DNA from: Nitrospiraceae bacterium
GTDB taxonomy: Bacteria > Nitrospirota > Nitrospiria > Nitrospirales > Nitrospiraceae
NCBI GenBank assembly: GCA_050246315.1
Contig: JBFWWG010000003.1
Span: forward strand, 288,001 to 352,000
Direction: 5' to 3'
DNA: 64,000 bases
Made by a program: the position numbers and the translations under genes. Every line of letters begins with the position of its first letter. Positions within the stretch are counted from its first letter, which is position 1. Shown piece by piece: positions 1-9,801 of the stretch. The notes beneath the pieces are model-generated. The model was given only the letters and a program-made list of their open reading frames with translations. It ran no database searches and had not been told where the DNA came from.

Positions 1-1397
1 GCGTCAAGGGGAAGCTGGTGTTCGGCCGTCGATTCAGCATCGATGTGTCGCTGGCGACCGGTACGGTTGCCCTCTCCGGGTTGCCGGAATGGTTGAACCG
101 AGGCGGCCTCGAAGCGGGACAAGTGGAGGTCTCTCTCGATGTCAAAGGGGCTCAGCCTGACTGGTCCACATGGCGGACAACCGGCTGGATCGCGTTGACG
201 AACGGCTTGATGCATCTGAAGGGTGTGGACGGTCCGATTCAAGATCTCTACGCCCGTATCAGACTGGTGCGGGATGGGGCGGAACTCAAGCAGTTAAGTT
301 TTAAACTCATGGACAGCGACCTATCGCTCTCCGGCCTCGTGCGCAACTGGAACACCAAGCCGACCATGACGGCCAAGATCGAATCGTCGCACTTGGATCT
401 CGATCTCATTATTCCCAAAGAAGGTCGTTCGCCGATTCGCGACCTGTTGGAATACCTGGCAGCGACAAGCCAGGTGACAGCCACCGCGTCGATTGAACGG
501 GGTGTGTACAAACAATTTCGTGTCGGCGGGCTGTCGGGTCGCATCAACATCGATAACGGCATCCTCGACATCGATCGCGTCAACGCTCGCTCGGAGGGCG
601 GACACCTCACGGGACGCTTGGTCGTTCACCTTCCCAAGGACGATCCGGCCGAAGCCGAAGCCTCGTTTCGGGTGGCCGGCGTCCCCTTTGAAGAAATTTC
701 GCATCTGCTCGGGGTGCGCGACCATTTCATCACCGGAGAGATGCGGCTCACCGGCACACTCCGCGGCCATGGACGCAACCCACACGGCATGCTTCCGACT
801 TTATCCGGAGACGCTGAGGTGCTCGTCACCGACGGACGGATCTTCAAATCACAGAAACGCGCCTTGTGGAAAATCCTGAGCATTCTCAATCTCCCCGCCG
901 TGCTCCAGAATCAGATCGACCTTGAAAAGGACGGATTGCCGTTCGACAGGCTCACTACGTCCCTCGTCATACAGAACGGCCGCCTCGACAGCGATCGGTT
1001 GGTCCTGGACAGCCCCGTGGTCAAGATCAGCGGCGCCGGTCATTACGACCTTCCGACGGATCAACTCGAGATGGTGTACGCCGTCAGCCCGTTCGGCTCC
1101 TATTCCAAGTTGGTCAGAACCATTCCGCTGTTCGGGCGTCTCTTTGCCGGCGACCGGACAGGGATTGCCACTGCCTTCTTTCAGGCCAGAGGTTCCATGG
1201 ACGATCCGGAGGTCACCTATCTGCCCATGAAATCCTTCGGAGAGGGCCTCTCTAGCCTGGCGTCACTGGCCTACGATGTTCTGCGTAATACGTTCAAAAT
1301 GCCGAAAGACTTCATCATCGGATCCGGAGAGGCGGTCCCCGCCCCGTCGTCGGAGATCGACGCACCGAGCAGCGTTCCCGACGGCAACTTGTATTGA
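1..1397 (+). CDS. AsmA-like (YhdP/TamB-type) protein, C-terminal part; 5' end lies outside the window
   Basis: Long beta-rich ORF open from the window edge; C-terminal LPFDRL...G.YDL..DQL...IPLFGRLF...F.ARGS.DDPEV pattern typical of the AsmA_2 C-terminus. Confidence 0.75.
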   Translation, partial: VKGKLVFGRRFSIDVSLATGTVALSGLPEWLNRGGLEAGQVEVSLDVKGAQPDWSTWRTTGWIALTNGLMHLKGVDGPIQDLYARIRLVRDGAELKQLSFKLMDSDLSLSGLVRNWNTKPTMTAKIESSHLDLDLIIPKEGRSPIRDLLEYLAATSQVTATASIERGVYKQFRVGGLSGRINIDNGILDIDRVNARSEGGHLTGRLVVHLPKDDPAEAEASFRVAGVPFEEISHLLGVRDHFITGEMRLTGTLRGHGRNPHGMLPTLSGDAEVLVTDGRIFKSQKRALWKILSILNLPAVLQNQIDLEKDGLPFDRLTTSLVIQNGRLDSDRLVLDSPVVKISGAGHYDLPTDQLEMVYAVSPFGSYSKLVRTIPLFGRLFAGDRTGIATAFFQARGSMDDPEVTYLPMKSFGEGLSSLASLAYDVLRNTFKMPKDFIIGSGEAVPAPSSEIDAPSSVPDGNLY

Positions 1398-1450
1398 CCC
1401 CCCCTGCGTGCTAGCATCCACCTGGTTCTGATTTTCAAAGACGCGTACAC

Positions 1451-2602
1451 ATGTCTCACGAACGGACACCCTCCATGAACGCCGGTGCAACGCTGTTCTA
1501 CGCCGCCAGCGAAACCGATTCGAACCTCTACTATGCGACCCGATTCATCGCCCCGGATCCGTTCCTCTATGTCGATGTCAAAGGTGAACGCCTGCTCGTC
1601 ATGAGCGATCTGGAAATGGATCGAGCGCGACACCAGGCCAAGGTGGACCAAGTTCTTTCCTACTCAGAACTCGAGCGACGCGCCCGCACGGAGCCCGCCC
1701 AGCAGCCAGGACCGATGGACGTTGCCCATGTGCTGCTCCGTGAGCGGGGAGTGGACCAAATTCTCGTGCCGTCAAATTTTCCATTCGGTCACGCTCTCCG
1801 GCTACAGGAATTGGGGTACCGTGTGCAGACCAAGAAGGATCCCTTTTTCGAACAACGGGTGATCAAGTCAGCCGAGGAAGTCGCGCACATCGAAGCCTCC
1901 CAGCGCGCTACGGAAAAGGCGGTGACCGCTGCTCACGATCTGCTCCGCCGGTCAACCGTACTGGACGGGATGCTCTGGTTCGAGGGTGAACCGCTCACGT
2001 CCGAACGGGTAAAAAAACTGATCAACGTGAGGCTCATGGAAGACGACTGCGTCGCGCAACATACCATCGTGGCGGGCGGCGAGCAGGCCTGCGATCCACA
2101 CGACGAAGGCAGCGGCCCGCTGCCGGCGGACCGGAGCATCATCTTCGACGTGTTCCCGCGATCCGCAGCCTCCCGCTATTTCGCCGATATGTCGCGAACC
2201 GTCGTGCGGGGAACCGCGTCGCCGGTGCTGCAGCGGTTGTACCAAACCGTCCTCGATGCACAAGAAGAAGCGATCGACTCTATCCGCGATGGAGCCGACG
2301 GGGCGAAGATCCACCAGCGAATTTGCGAACGCTTCGACGCGGCGGGGTATCGCACCGGCCTCGTTCACGGGCGCATGCAGGGATACTTTCACGGCACGGG
2401 CCATGGGGTCGGATTGGACATCCATGAAGCGCCAAGGATCAGCCGCAATGGGTCGACGCTCCAGGAAGGCCATGTGGTCACGGTGGAGCCGGGACTCTAC
2501 TATCCCGGCCTCGGCGCCGTACGGATCGAAGACATGGTCCTTGTGACCTCCGACGGCTGCCGCAACCTCACGCACTATCCCAAGGTGTTGCAGCTCGACT
2601 AA
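1451..2602 (+). CDS. Xaa-Pro aminopeptidase (M24 family)
   Basis: Metal-ligand motifs FDVFP, YFADMSRT, HGTGHGVGLDIHE, TVEPGLY, VRIED. Confidence 0.9.
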   Translation: MSHERTPSMNAGATLFYAASETDSNLYYATRFIAPDPFLYVDVKGERLLVMSDLEMDRARHQAKVDQVLSYSELERRARTEPAQQPGPMDVAHVLLRERGVDQILVPSNFPFGHALRLQELGYRVQTKKDPFFEQRVIKSAEEVAHIEASQRATEKAVTAAHDLLRRSTVLDGMLWFEGEPLTSERVKKLINVRLMEDDCVAQHTIVAGGEQACDPHDEGSGPLPADRSIIFDVFPRSAASRYFADMSRTVVRGTASPVLQRLYQTVLDAQEEAIDSIRDGADGAKIHQRICERFDAAGYRTGLVHGRMQGYFHGTGHGVGLDIHEAPRISRNGSTLQEGHVVTVEPGLYYPGLGAVRIEDMVLVTSDGCRNLTHYPKVLQLD

Positions 2603-2716
2603 TGTCCTGAGTCTGAAATGCGTGGAGTAAGTCCAGGGCATAAAGTCGCTATCAACCAAGCAGTTGGCTGCTAGAATTATCATGCGAACTTCAGACTCAG
2701 GACACTAGATTCGGCT

Positions 2717-3700
2717 ATGCGCCTGACCTTTCGTCTGCTCCGGTTCAATCCCGAAACCGGCGACCCCGCTTCCAGCCAGGACTTTCGTCTCGACATCCAC
2801 CGCGGTATGACCGTGTTGGAAGCCTTGATCCGCATCAAGAACGAGCTCGACGGCACGTTGAGCCTTCGCTATTCCTGTCGGTCGGCCATCTGCGGTTCCT
2901 GCGCCATGGATATCAACGGGTCCGAGAAGCTCGCCTGCCGCACGTCCGTGCGTCACGAATTCGAGCGCCATGGGCAGGTGGCGGTCGGACCGCTCCGCAA
3001 TATGCCCGTCATCAAGGACCTGGTCGTGGACATGGCGCCATTCTGGAACAAGATTCGCTCTGTCGCACCGTGGCTATCTTCGAAGAGCGCCATACCGGCT
3101 CAGCCAGCCGAGCAGATGATCATCTTCCCCAGCCAGGCTCAGTTCCACAATGTCGAGGCCTGTATCATGTGCGGGGCCTGTGTGGCCGCCTGCTCGACCC
3201 ACGAGGTCTCCCGTGGCTTTCTGGGTCCGGCTGCCCTGGCGAAGGCGGACCGGTTCCTTGCGGATCCTCGCGAGCCACCACACGTCAAACAGTTCCGTCT
3301 CGAACAGCTTCAAAACAGCGACGGCATCTGGGATTGCACCCGATGCAATTTCTGCGTACAGGTCTGTCCGAAGGACGTGAAACCGATGGAGGCGATCATC
3401 CGGCTTCGCCGCGCCTCGTTACAGCAGGGCGCCACGCAGACCGGCGGCGCGAGACATATCATCGGGTTCCGGCAGCTGATCGAACGAGCCGGTCGGCTTA
3501 ATGAAGCACTGATGCCGTTGAAGGTCGTTGGCTTCGACATCGATCGAATGGTCCAGGTCGGACCGTTGGGTTTGCGGATGCTCGTGCGAGGGAAGGTACC
3601 CAGCCCGTTCGGACATGCCATTCCAGGCATTGAACAGGTGCGGGCCATCTTTCGAGCGGTTGGACAACGGCGACGGGTTGCGCAGCCGACACGGCTCTAA
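2717..3700 (+). CDS. sdhB: Succinate dehydrogenase/fumarate reductase iron-sulfur subunit
   Basis: SCRSAICGSC..LAC (2Fe-2S), CIMCGACVAAC, CTRCNFCVQVCP; PVIKDLVVD motif. Confidence 0.92.
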   Translation: MRLTFRLLRFNPETGDPASSQDFRLDIHRGMTVLEALIRIKNELDGTLSLRYSCRSAICGSCAMDINGSEKLACRTSVRHEFERHGQVAVGPLRNMPVIKDLVVDMAPFWNKIRSVAPWLSSKSAIPAQPAEQMIIFPSQAQFHNVEACIMCGACVAACSTHEVSRGFLGPAALAKADRFLADPREPPHVKQFRLEQLQNSDGIWDCTRCNFCVQVCPKDVKPMEAIIRLRRASLQQGATQTGGARHIIGFRQLIERAGRLNEALMPLKVVGFDIDRMVQVGPLGLRMLVRGKVPSPFGHAIPGIEQVRAIFRAVGQRRRVAQPTRL

Positions 3701-3732
3701 TCCTCGCGCGGCCGCGACAATCGCAATCAGCG

Positions 3733-5163
3733 TTACCCCTTGATGCAGACCATCGGTTCAAGACGCGCCACCACGCCTGCCAGATTCGCCTCATCGGTGA
3801 CCTGTACGACTGCGCTCACATCCTTATAAGCGCCTGGCGCTTCCTCAGCGACTCCCCGAAGTGATGGACTCCGGATCACGATTCCGCGTCGCCCTAGTTC
3901 GCTGACAACGTCGCGACCCTGCCATTGGCGAACGGCCTGATGCCGGCTCATACTGCGGCCTGCCCCGTGACAGGCGGAGCCGAAAGCCAGGGCCATGCCT
4001 TCCCGCGTCCCTACGAGAATATACGATGATGTTCCCATGGTTCCACCGATCAGCACCGGCTGTCCGACATCCCTGAACCCCGGCGGCAAGTCTGGATGGC
4101 CCGGGCCAAATGCTCTCGTGGCGCCCTTCCGATGCACGAACAACCGCTTGAGCTTCTCATCAACGACATGGTCCTCGATCTTACAGGTATTGTGCGAGAC
4201 GTCATACAAAACGCCCAGATCGGCTTGCGGTAGGACTTCCGCGAACGCCTTTCTGACCAGATGGGTGATGATTTGTCGATTGGCCATAGCACAATTCATG
4301 GCCGCGCGCATCGCCCCCAGGTAATCCTGCCCGACATCCGAATGGATCGGCGCGCAGGCCAGTTCTCGGTCCGGCAGGTGAATCTTGTATCGGGCGGTGT
4401 TGACCGCCATGGTCTTGAGAAATTCCGTTCCGATTTGATGGCCGAGTCCACGGGAGCCGCAATGAATGCTGATCACCACATCGCCCTCCTGGAGACCGAA
4501 AGCACTGGCGATTTCAGGGTTGAACACCCGTACGACGCGCTGAACTTCTAAGTAGTGGTTGCCAGATCCCAGAGTGCCCATTTCGTCGCGTTGTCGTGTC
4601 TTGGCGCGATCGGATACGACTGACGGCACAGCTCCCGCAATACATCCTTGCTCTTCCGTGTGTGCCAGGTCGGCAGTCAGCCCATAGCCCTGTCCGACCG
4701 CCCATCGCGCGCCGCCCGCCAACATGGCGTCCATGGGCTCCGCCTTCAGATGCAGGCGGCCGGTGCTGCCGACACCGGCCGGCACGTGTTGAAAAAGTCT
4801 GTCCGCCAACCGCTCCTTGAGCGGCTCGACATCCTCGGTTGTGAGCCCCGTCGTGAGTGTACGGACCCCGCACGAGATATCAAACCCAACCCCGCCGGCG
4901 GAAATGATCCCTCCCTGATCCGGATCAAATGCGGCGACACCTCCGATGGGAAATCCGTATCCCCAATGGGCATCCGGCATGGCATGGGAAGCCTTGACGA
5001 TGCCGGGGAGCGTCGCAACATTCGTCACCTGTTCATAGACCTTGTCGTCCATTTCCCGCACCAGCGCCTCGGTTCCGTAAATGATGCCTGGTACCCGCAT
5101 CGCTCCGAATGGACGAATGTGCCACTCGCACACTGATCGGCGCGTCAGCAGCTCAAGATTCAT
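3733..5163 (-). CDS. rtcB: RtcB RNA ligase
   Basis: MPDAHWGYGFPIGG, GFDISCG, GTLGSGNHYLE, HCGSRG, DVSHN, HRKGA, SACHGAGR motifs. Confidence 0.95.
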   Translation of the reverse strand: MNLELLTRRSVCEWHIRPFGAMRVPGIIYGTEALVREMDDKVYEQVTNVATLPGIVKASHAMPDAHWGYGFPIGGVAAFDPDQGGIISAGGVGFDISCGVRTLTTGLTTEDVEPLKERLADRLFQHVPAGVGSTGRLHLKAEPMDAMLAGGARWAVGQGYGLTADLAHTEEQGCIAGAVPSVVSDRAKTRQRDEMGTLGSGNHYLEVQRVVRVFNPEIASAFGLQEGDVVISIHCGSRGLGHQIGTEFLKTMAVNTARYKIHLPDRELACAPIHSDVGQDYLGAMRAAMNCAMANRQIITHLVRKAFAEVLPQADLGVLYDVSHNTCKIEDHVVDEKLKRLFVHRKGATRAFGPGHPDLPPGFRDVGQPVLIGGTMGTSSYILVGTREGMALAFGSACHGAGRSMSRHQAVRQWQGRDVVSELGRRGIVIRSPSLRGVAEEAPGAYKDVSAVVQVTDEANLAGVVARLEPMVCIKG

Positions 5164-5187
5164 CTTCTCCTCGCAGAGTCCCAGCAG

Positions 5188-5655
5188 TCAGACATCTACC
5201 ACACATTGCGCTGTCCACAACCCCTGGCAATCGTGGGTGACGGCGAGACTCGTATAGGTCGCGCCCTTCACCTCGACGGCCGGGTTGTGTCTTTCCGGGT
5301 CGACCGGCTCTCCCCACATGGTCGCCTCCAACCGATGATCCGACAGACGGACTTCGAAGCGGCTAAAGAGCATCTTGCGCGTCGCCATTTCGTATACCAG
5401 CGCATTCAGCCAATCCACCAGCAGCAACTCGTCGTCGGGTGCCTCACACCGAACTGTGCAGGGCTCTGCGGGGCTGACACCCCGGGGGTCTGTCGTGACG
5501 GCGGTGAGGGCCATCGCCGCGCCCACAAATGCCAATTCCTTGGTCGGACCGATTCCGCGCACACCCATATCGGCTTGATGTGGGAAATGTTCCCACGACA
5601 GCTTCGTACGGATGGTTTCCGCCGCAGCAGAAGCCACGGACTTTGGAACGGTCAT
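5188..5655 (-). CDS. Archease (RtcB activator)
   Basis: [29 protein letters not shown], terminal VVDV; directly upstream of rtcB. Confidence 0.92.
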   Translation of the reverse strand: MTVPKSVASAAAETIRTKLSWEHFPHQADMGVRGIGPTKELAFVGAAMALTAVTTDPRGVSPAEPCTVRCEAPDDELLLVDWLNALVYEMATRKMLFSRFEVRLSDHRLEATMWGEPVDPERHNPAVEVKGATYTSLAVTHDCQGLWTAQCVVDV

Positions 5656-5848
5656 ACTCGCTACGCTGATTGATCGAACCGGCAGACAGGTCTATCGGAC
5701 AGGCTACGCCAGCCAGCCGCCGATGTCGAGGCTGGCGCTTCACAGACAGGCATCGTTCGACGGGACAGCACGAATCACAAAAAAGATTGGAGAATGGGCG
5801 TTGTCTCGTCAGAATGAACAGTGGAAAATCTGTGCTTGCCGATCCCCC

Positions 5849-6229
5849 ATGCACGAGGCCAGAACAGTTCCCCGCTTTCCCGTTCAATTCAGAAGTTCGT
5901 TTACTTCGACCAATGTCACGGGAGGAGAAGGCAGTGTGGTCGATCTTTCAGTGCGCGGATGCCGGATCGAATCCTCCACGCATATCCTCACGGGAACGGT
6001 GCTGGAACTCCGTATCTTCGCCTCCGATGAGGAAGCACCTCTTGGCATTGACCAGGTGATTGTTCGTTGGACCAGAGGAAGGGTCTTCGGGGTAGAGTTT
6101 GTCTCCATCCAACCGGAGGAATGGGTTCGACTCCAACAGGCTGTGAAACGTTTGGACCAGGGCGCGTCCGCCAGATCCATTGCTCCGGCGGATGACAGTA
6201 GATCAACCTTCAAAAGGGAAGTGAGGTAG
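5849..6229 (+). CDS. Single PilZ-domain protein
   Basis: RxxxR (RTVPR) and DLSxxG (DLSVRGC) motifs, FGVEF; start inferred at ATG 5849. Confidence 0.85.
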   Translation: MHEARTVPRFPVQFRSSFTSTNVTGGEGSVVDLSVRGCRIESSTHILTGTVLELRIFASDEEAPLGIDQVIVRWTRGRVFGVEFVSIQPEEWVRLQQAVKRLDQGASARSIAPADDSRSTFKREVR

Positions 6230-6244
6230 GAACGATCACAGTCC

Positions 6245-6436
6245 TCAACCTGCTTTCGTCACGGCGCCCGATCGCAAACAACGGGTGCAGACACGGAGGT
6301 GCGTGGGAGATCCCTCTACGACCGCATGAACCCGCTGCAAATTGGGGTTAAATACCCGTCTTGTCTTGTTGTTGGCATGGCTGACATTGTTGCCGGTCCG
6401 ATGCCCCTTCCCGCAGACGTCACAACGATAAGCCAC
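6245..6436 (-). CDS. rpmB: 50S ribosomal protein L28 (Cys-containing form)
   Basis: [26 protein letters not shown]...[12 protein letters not shown] start after AAGGAG. Confidence 0.95.
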   Translation of the reverse strand: MAYRCDVCGKGHRTGNNVSHANNKTRRVFNPNLQRVHAVVEGSPTHLRVCTRCLRSGAVTKAG

Positions 6437-6576
6437 GATAAACTCCTTGGTTTCACCGATTCTGTGAAGGCGCCATTCTATCACAGGACTCCGCCGTGGA
6501 ACAAGATCCACCGATTCTCACCTATTGTGTCTGGGATGCGGTAGAAAGCTTTCGCCTTCGACGGCGCGACGCGGAC

Positions 6577-8004
6577 TCAGCCATGTCGTGCGCGATGAGG
6601 ACGATCGCGTTCCGTAGCGACGCCAGGTCGCCCTGGTTCGGGAAGCGAAGGCGTCACGATATCGAAGGTGGTGTCTCCGTCATCGTCGAGTCCGTCTTTT
6701 CCGACGCTGTAGAGACGGCGATGGGACTGACTCCACAGCATCGGGAGCCCCGAGAAGGGATCAAAGTACTCCGGTCCAGCCTGGCTGATCCGTTCGGCGA
6801 TCTTCTCCGTGTCACGTGCGCCTCGTATGATGACTTGAAGCGCGATCAGCCTCAACTTCGCATCTGTCGCCAACAATCGTTGGGTGAAGGACTCCCAAGA
6901 GGGATCAAACCCAATCGGGTTGAGCAGTTGCTCGAACAACGTACGATGCGACTCCTCGGTCACTTCATGCAAATGGGGGAGGGGACTGTGTAGAACCGCC
7001 GAGGACGTGATGAGTGCGTCATAATAGGTCGCATAGGCGTCCCAGGTACCTTGTGTCTCCAATGTCATGCCGAACACCGTTTGGGCAGCAGGATGCTGGA
7101 CTTTCGTGAACGCGTCGGAATGCAGACCGGCCGCGTGCGCCAGCCACTGCCGATTCAGATCGGCCTCGTCGGCGCCAACAAAATTCTCGACCGACAGCAG
7201 TTCCTTCCGACGAGCCAGTCCCAGCGCGAATTCATTTTGGATCGGCCATCGCATCGCGCTTTCCTCATGGGTCAGCGCATGACCGATCTGTCGGGCCGTG
7301 GTCACGACTACAGGATCGGGGTCCGGTGTGATGAGCGCCTTGGAGAGCAGGCTCAGGTTGTCGTCCAGCATGGTCACCGCCATTATTTTCATGGGAATGG
7401 TCTTCGCGTCGGCCAGCACTCGCCGCCATGCGATTGTGTCCTGTTGCAGGCGGGAAGCTCCGATCGTCACGCTCTGCGCAAATCCCTCACCGATGAAAAG
7501 CCGGTGGACCGCCAGGATTTCCGTAAACCGTGGGCTGGCCGGATGGCCGAATCCCCAATCTTCAAATGACATGGTCAGCCATCGCCGGTATCGGCCGAGC
7601 AACACCGCATACCGTGTCATCGACGTGCGCATCGTCACGCCCTGTTCCTGAAACGACCGAACCGGATCGGTTACGGACCATTCTGGCACGACCACATCCG
7701 GGCTGATTGTGATGCGAAGAGAGGCCCGCTCCCCTTTCACCAGATCGAAATGTCGATTGCCGCGATGAGCCTCGGCCTCCAACCAGATCTCATAGCCGAC
7801 CTGAACCGGATCTGCGGCCGAATCTGTTGTAAGACCGAGTAACAGAAAATATCCGTTCTGGAGGGGGCTTTCTAAACGCACTGCCGGTGTTTGGCCAAGC
7901 CGGCGAAAGACCTCACTCGGTCCCTCGCGTTTCGCTGAAAAGATCAGGCCGGACACCTCCAAGAACACGGCCAGGAGGCACATCGTAATGAGCAGGTTTC
8001 TCAT
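6577..8004 (-). CDS. Hypothetical exported/membrane-anchored protein
   Basis: Long ORF; hydrophobic N-terminus from MRNLLITMCLL; C-terminal DPFSG...LYSVGKDGLDDDG motif; sigma54-type promoter upstream supports this start. Confidence 0.7.
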   Translation of the reverse strand: MRNLLITMCLLAVFLEVSGLIFSAKREGPSEVFRRLGQTPAVRLESPLQNGYFLLLGLTTDSAADPVQVGYEIWLEAEAHRGNRHFDLVKGERASLRITISPDVVVPEWSVTDPVRSFQEQGVTMRTSMTRYAVLLGRYRRWLTMSFEDWGFGHPASPRFTEILAVHRLFIGEGFAQSVTIGASRLQQDTIAWRRVLADAKTIPMKIMAVTMLDDNLSLLSKALITPDPDPVVVTTARQIGHALTHEESAMRWPIQNEFALGLARRKELLSVENFVGADEADLNRQWLAHAAGLHSDAFTKVQHPAAQTVFGMTLETQGTWDAYATYYDALITSSAVLHSPLPHLHEVTEESHRTLFEQLLNPIGFDPSWESFTQRLLATDAKLRLIALQVIIRGARDTEKIAERISQAGPEYFDPFSGLPMLWSQSHRRLYSVGKDGLDDDGDTTFDIVTPSLPEPGRPGVATERDRPHRARHG

Positions 8005-8112
8005 CGAGTTGGAACCCGTTTCCCGGCACCTTGGCGGCGGTCTGATGCCATATTGGACAATCTCTGGTCTGATTGATCGCGCTGGCGCACACAATGCCGG
8101 TCGGAGGATAGG

Positions 8113-8128
8113 AGCAAGCGATGTGCCA
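8113..8128 (-). promoter_or_regulatory. Sigma-54 (-24/-12) promoter
   Basis: Minus strand reads TGGCAC-ATCGC-TTGCT, an exact match to the TGGCAC-N5-TTGC consensus, about 110 nt upstream of ATG 8004. Confidence 0.7.
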
Positions 8129-8267
8129 TTCATCACCAGGTAGACCAGCGTGTCCCGCAATGGGAAACACATTAATGGGTGCCGACTTGACCAGAATCGG
8201 CTCAAGATGCCGCTTTGCGCCGTTGACACAATTGGCCGACGCCGAAACAAGCAGAACAAAATTGACC

Positions 8268-8297
8268 TTGACATCATTTCGAACGGTCTCCTAGAGT
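8268..8297 (+). promoter_or_regulatory. Putative sigma-70 promoter for the riboswitch/btuF unit
   Basis: TTGACA-N18-TAGAGT just upstream of the riboswitch-like sequence. Confidence 0.4.
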
Positions 8298-8319
8298 GCG
8301 AGCCACAACGACGACTGCC

Positions 8320-8460
8320 TGGGTGTGGGTGAAGGACCAAGGTGAGAATTCTCGTGGTCTTGCCGCGGTAACGGGAACCGGACTCCGAACCGACCTTGCC
8401 TCTCGGTGGGAGAGACAGTCCAGAGGCCAAAAGCCCCGCCGACGAGACCAAGCATTGTGC
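8320..8460 (+). ncRNA. Cobalamin riboswitch (divergent)
   Basis: GGTGAGAATTC..TGGTCTTGCCGCGGTAA resembles the B12-element core; GCCGACGAGACC resembles the B12 box; lies upstream of btuF-cobQ-pduO and is followed by a terminator. Confidence 0.6.
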
Positions 8461-8501
8461 CCTCGCGCGGTGGAGGACCGTGAGGACAAGAACGCGGGTG
8501 C

Positions 8502-8541
8502 AATCCTCAGGGTCGGAATTGGCCTTGGGGATTTTTTATTT
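8502..8541 (+). terminator. Intrinsic terminator (probable riboswitch expression platform)
   Basis: 13-bp stem AATCCTCAGGGTC/GGCCTTGGGGATT (with GU pairs) followed by TTTTATTT, upstream of the btuF start. Confidence 0.75.
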
Positions 8542-8574
8542 GTACGACGATCCCGAAGACAGACTTTCCTCACG

Positions 8575-9564
8575 ATGGCAATCGTCCAACGGCTTGTCGT
8601 CGCATCTGTTCGGCCTCCTGCGTGCGCAGAATCTCTCGGAGCATTCGATATGAAACGCCGCCAACCGGGCATTCTGACGGGCATGCCTTTCATGGCCAAC
8701 ATCAGCGCAAGGACCTTCGTGGATGACACAGGGCGGAAGGTCTTTCTTGCCAACCCGCCGCAGCGTATCGTTTCGCTTGCGCCCAACATCACCGAAATGT
8801 TGTTTGCGTTGGACTCCGGCGGTCGCGTGGTCGGAATAACCTCGTCTTGCAATTTTCCGAGGGAGGCGGCGGCTCTACCAAAAGTCGGGGGGGCAACCCC
8901 AAGCGTCGAGTGCATAATCCGGCTCAATCCGGACCTCGTGCTGACTCCACGAGGATATCTGAACGACGATGCCGTTCGACGAATGTCTCAACTGAAGATT
9001 CCTCTCTTTTCCTTCGAAACTCAGACACTCGATGATGTACTCCGACACCTTTCAACACTGGGCCGACTGCTCGATCGCGGCAAGACGGCAGATGCGCTGG
9101 TGGGGGGATTGCGCCAACGGATCAAACAGATCGGTACGCCCTCGGCCGACCGCCCCCGCCCAAAGGTGCTCTATGTATTCAGCTGCGATCCCTTGACCAC
9201 CGTCGGACCGGGCAACTTTGTTCATTACCTCATCGAGATGGCAGGCGGCACCAATATCGCCGCGGACACAACGACCGCGTTTCCACGGCTTTCCATAGAA
9301 TCCGCACTCAAGAGTAATCCGGACATTCTGCTCCTTCCGGCAGGTGGGTCGGTCTCGGCTTTCGATTCGTGGTTGTCCGAGTGGCGGATGCGGTCAGCCC
9401 TATCGGCCATCAGACATACCCGGCTCGTATTGGTGGACAGCGACCTCTTAGATCGCCCCGGTCCACGCATTGTCGAAGGATTGGAACACCTGACTCAGGC
9501 ATTCCGCTCCGATCCCTCAACCTCCGATTCTGTTCAGCCTGATCCTCCAGATCCCGGGCTATGA
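8575..9564 (+). CDS. btuF: Cobalamin ABC transporter substrate-binding protein (BtuF-like); start uncertain (8575 or 8650)
   Basis: PQRIVSLAPNITEMLFAL, LNPDLVL, AGGTNI, DLLDRPGPRIVEGLE motifs; cobalamin gene context. Confidence 0.8.
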   Translation: MAIVQRLVVASVRPPACAESLGAFDMKRRQPGILTGMPFMANISARTFVDDTGRKVFLANPPQRIVSLAPNITEMLFALDSGGRVVGITSSCNFPREAAALPKVGGATPSVECIIRLNPDLVLTPRGYLNDDAVRRMSQLKIPLFSFETQTLDDVLRHLSTLGRLLDRGKTADALVGGLRQRIKQIGTPSADRPRPKVLYVFSCDPLTTVGPGNFVHYLIEMAGGTNIAADTTTAFPRLSIESALKSNPDILLLPAGGSVSAFDSWLSEWRMRSALSAIRHTRLVLVDSDLLDRPGPRIVEGLEHLTQAFRSDPSTSDSVQPDPPDPGL

Positions 9565-9801
9565 TCAGGGTCATCAGACCAGTCGGTCACGCCGCAGGAA
9601 GGCTCACTGAGTCGCCGTTCAAGAAGCGCGGCCTCACCTGCTCCGGCCGGTGTCCCGGTGTCTCCTTCCGGTTGCGCGCCCGGTTGCCATCGCGGAAGGA
9701 CGGTTACCCCATTGTGGCGGCGTTCCGGTCCGGTCTTCTGAAACATCATGATGCCCTATGCATCCCTAAACCCGCTGGTGCACAGTCGTGAGTACGACAC
9801 C

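Noticed and set aside
8005..8574. Extended N-termini of the 624-aa and 422-aa ORFs
   Set aside because: They overlap promoters, the riboswitch and the terminator; downstream starts fit better
9561..9791. 76-aa ORF or btuC remnant between btuF and cobQ
   Set aside because: No TM segments or recognisable similarity
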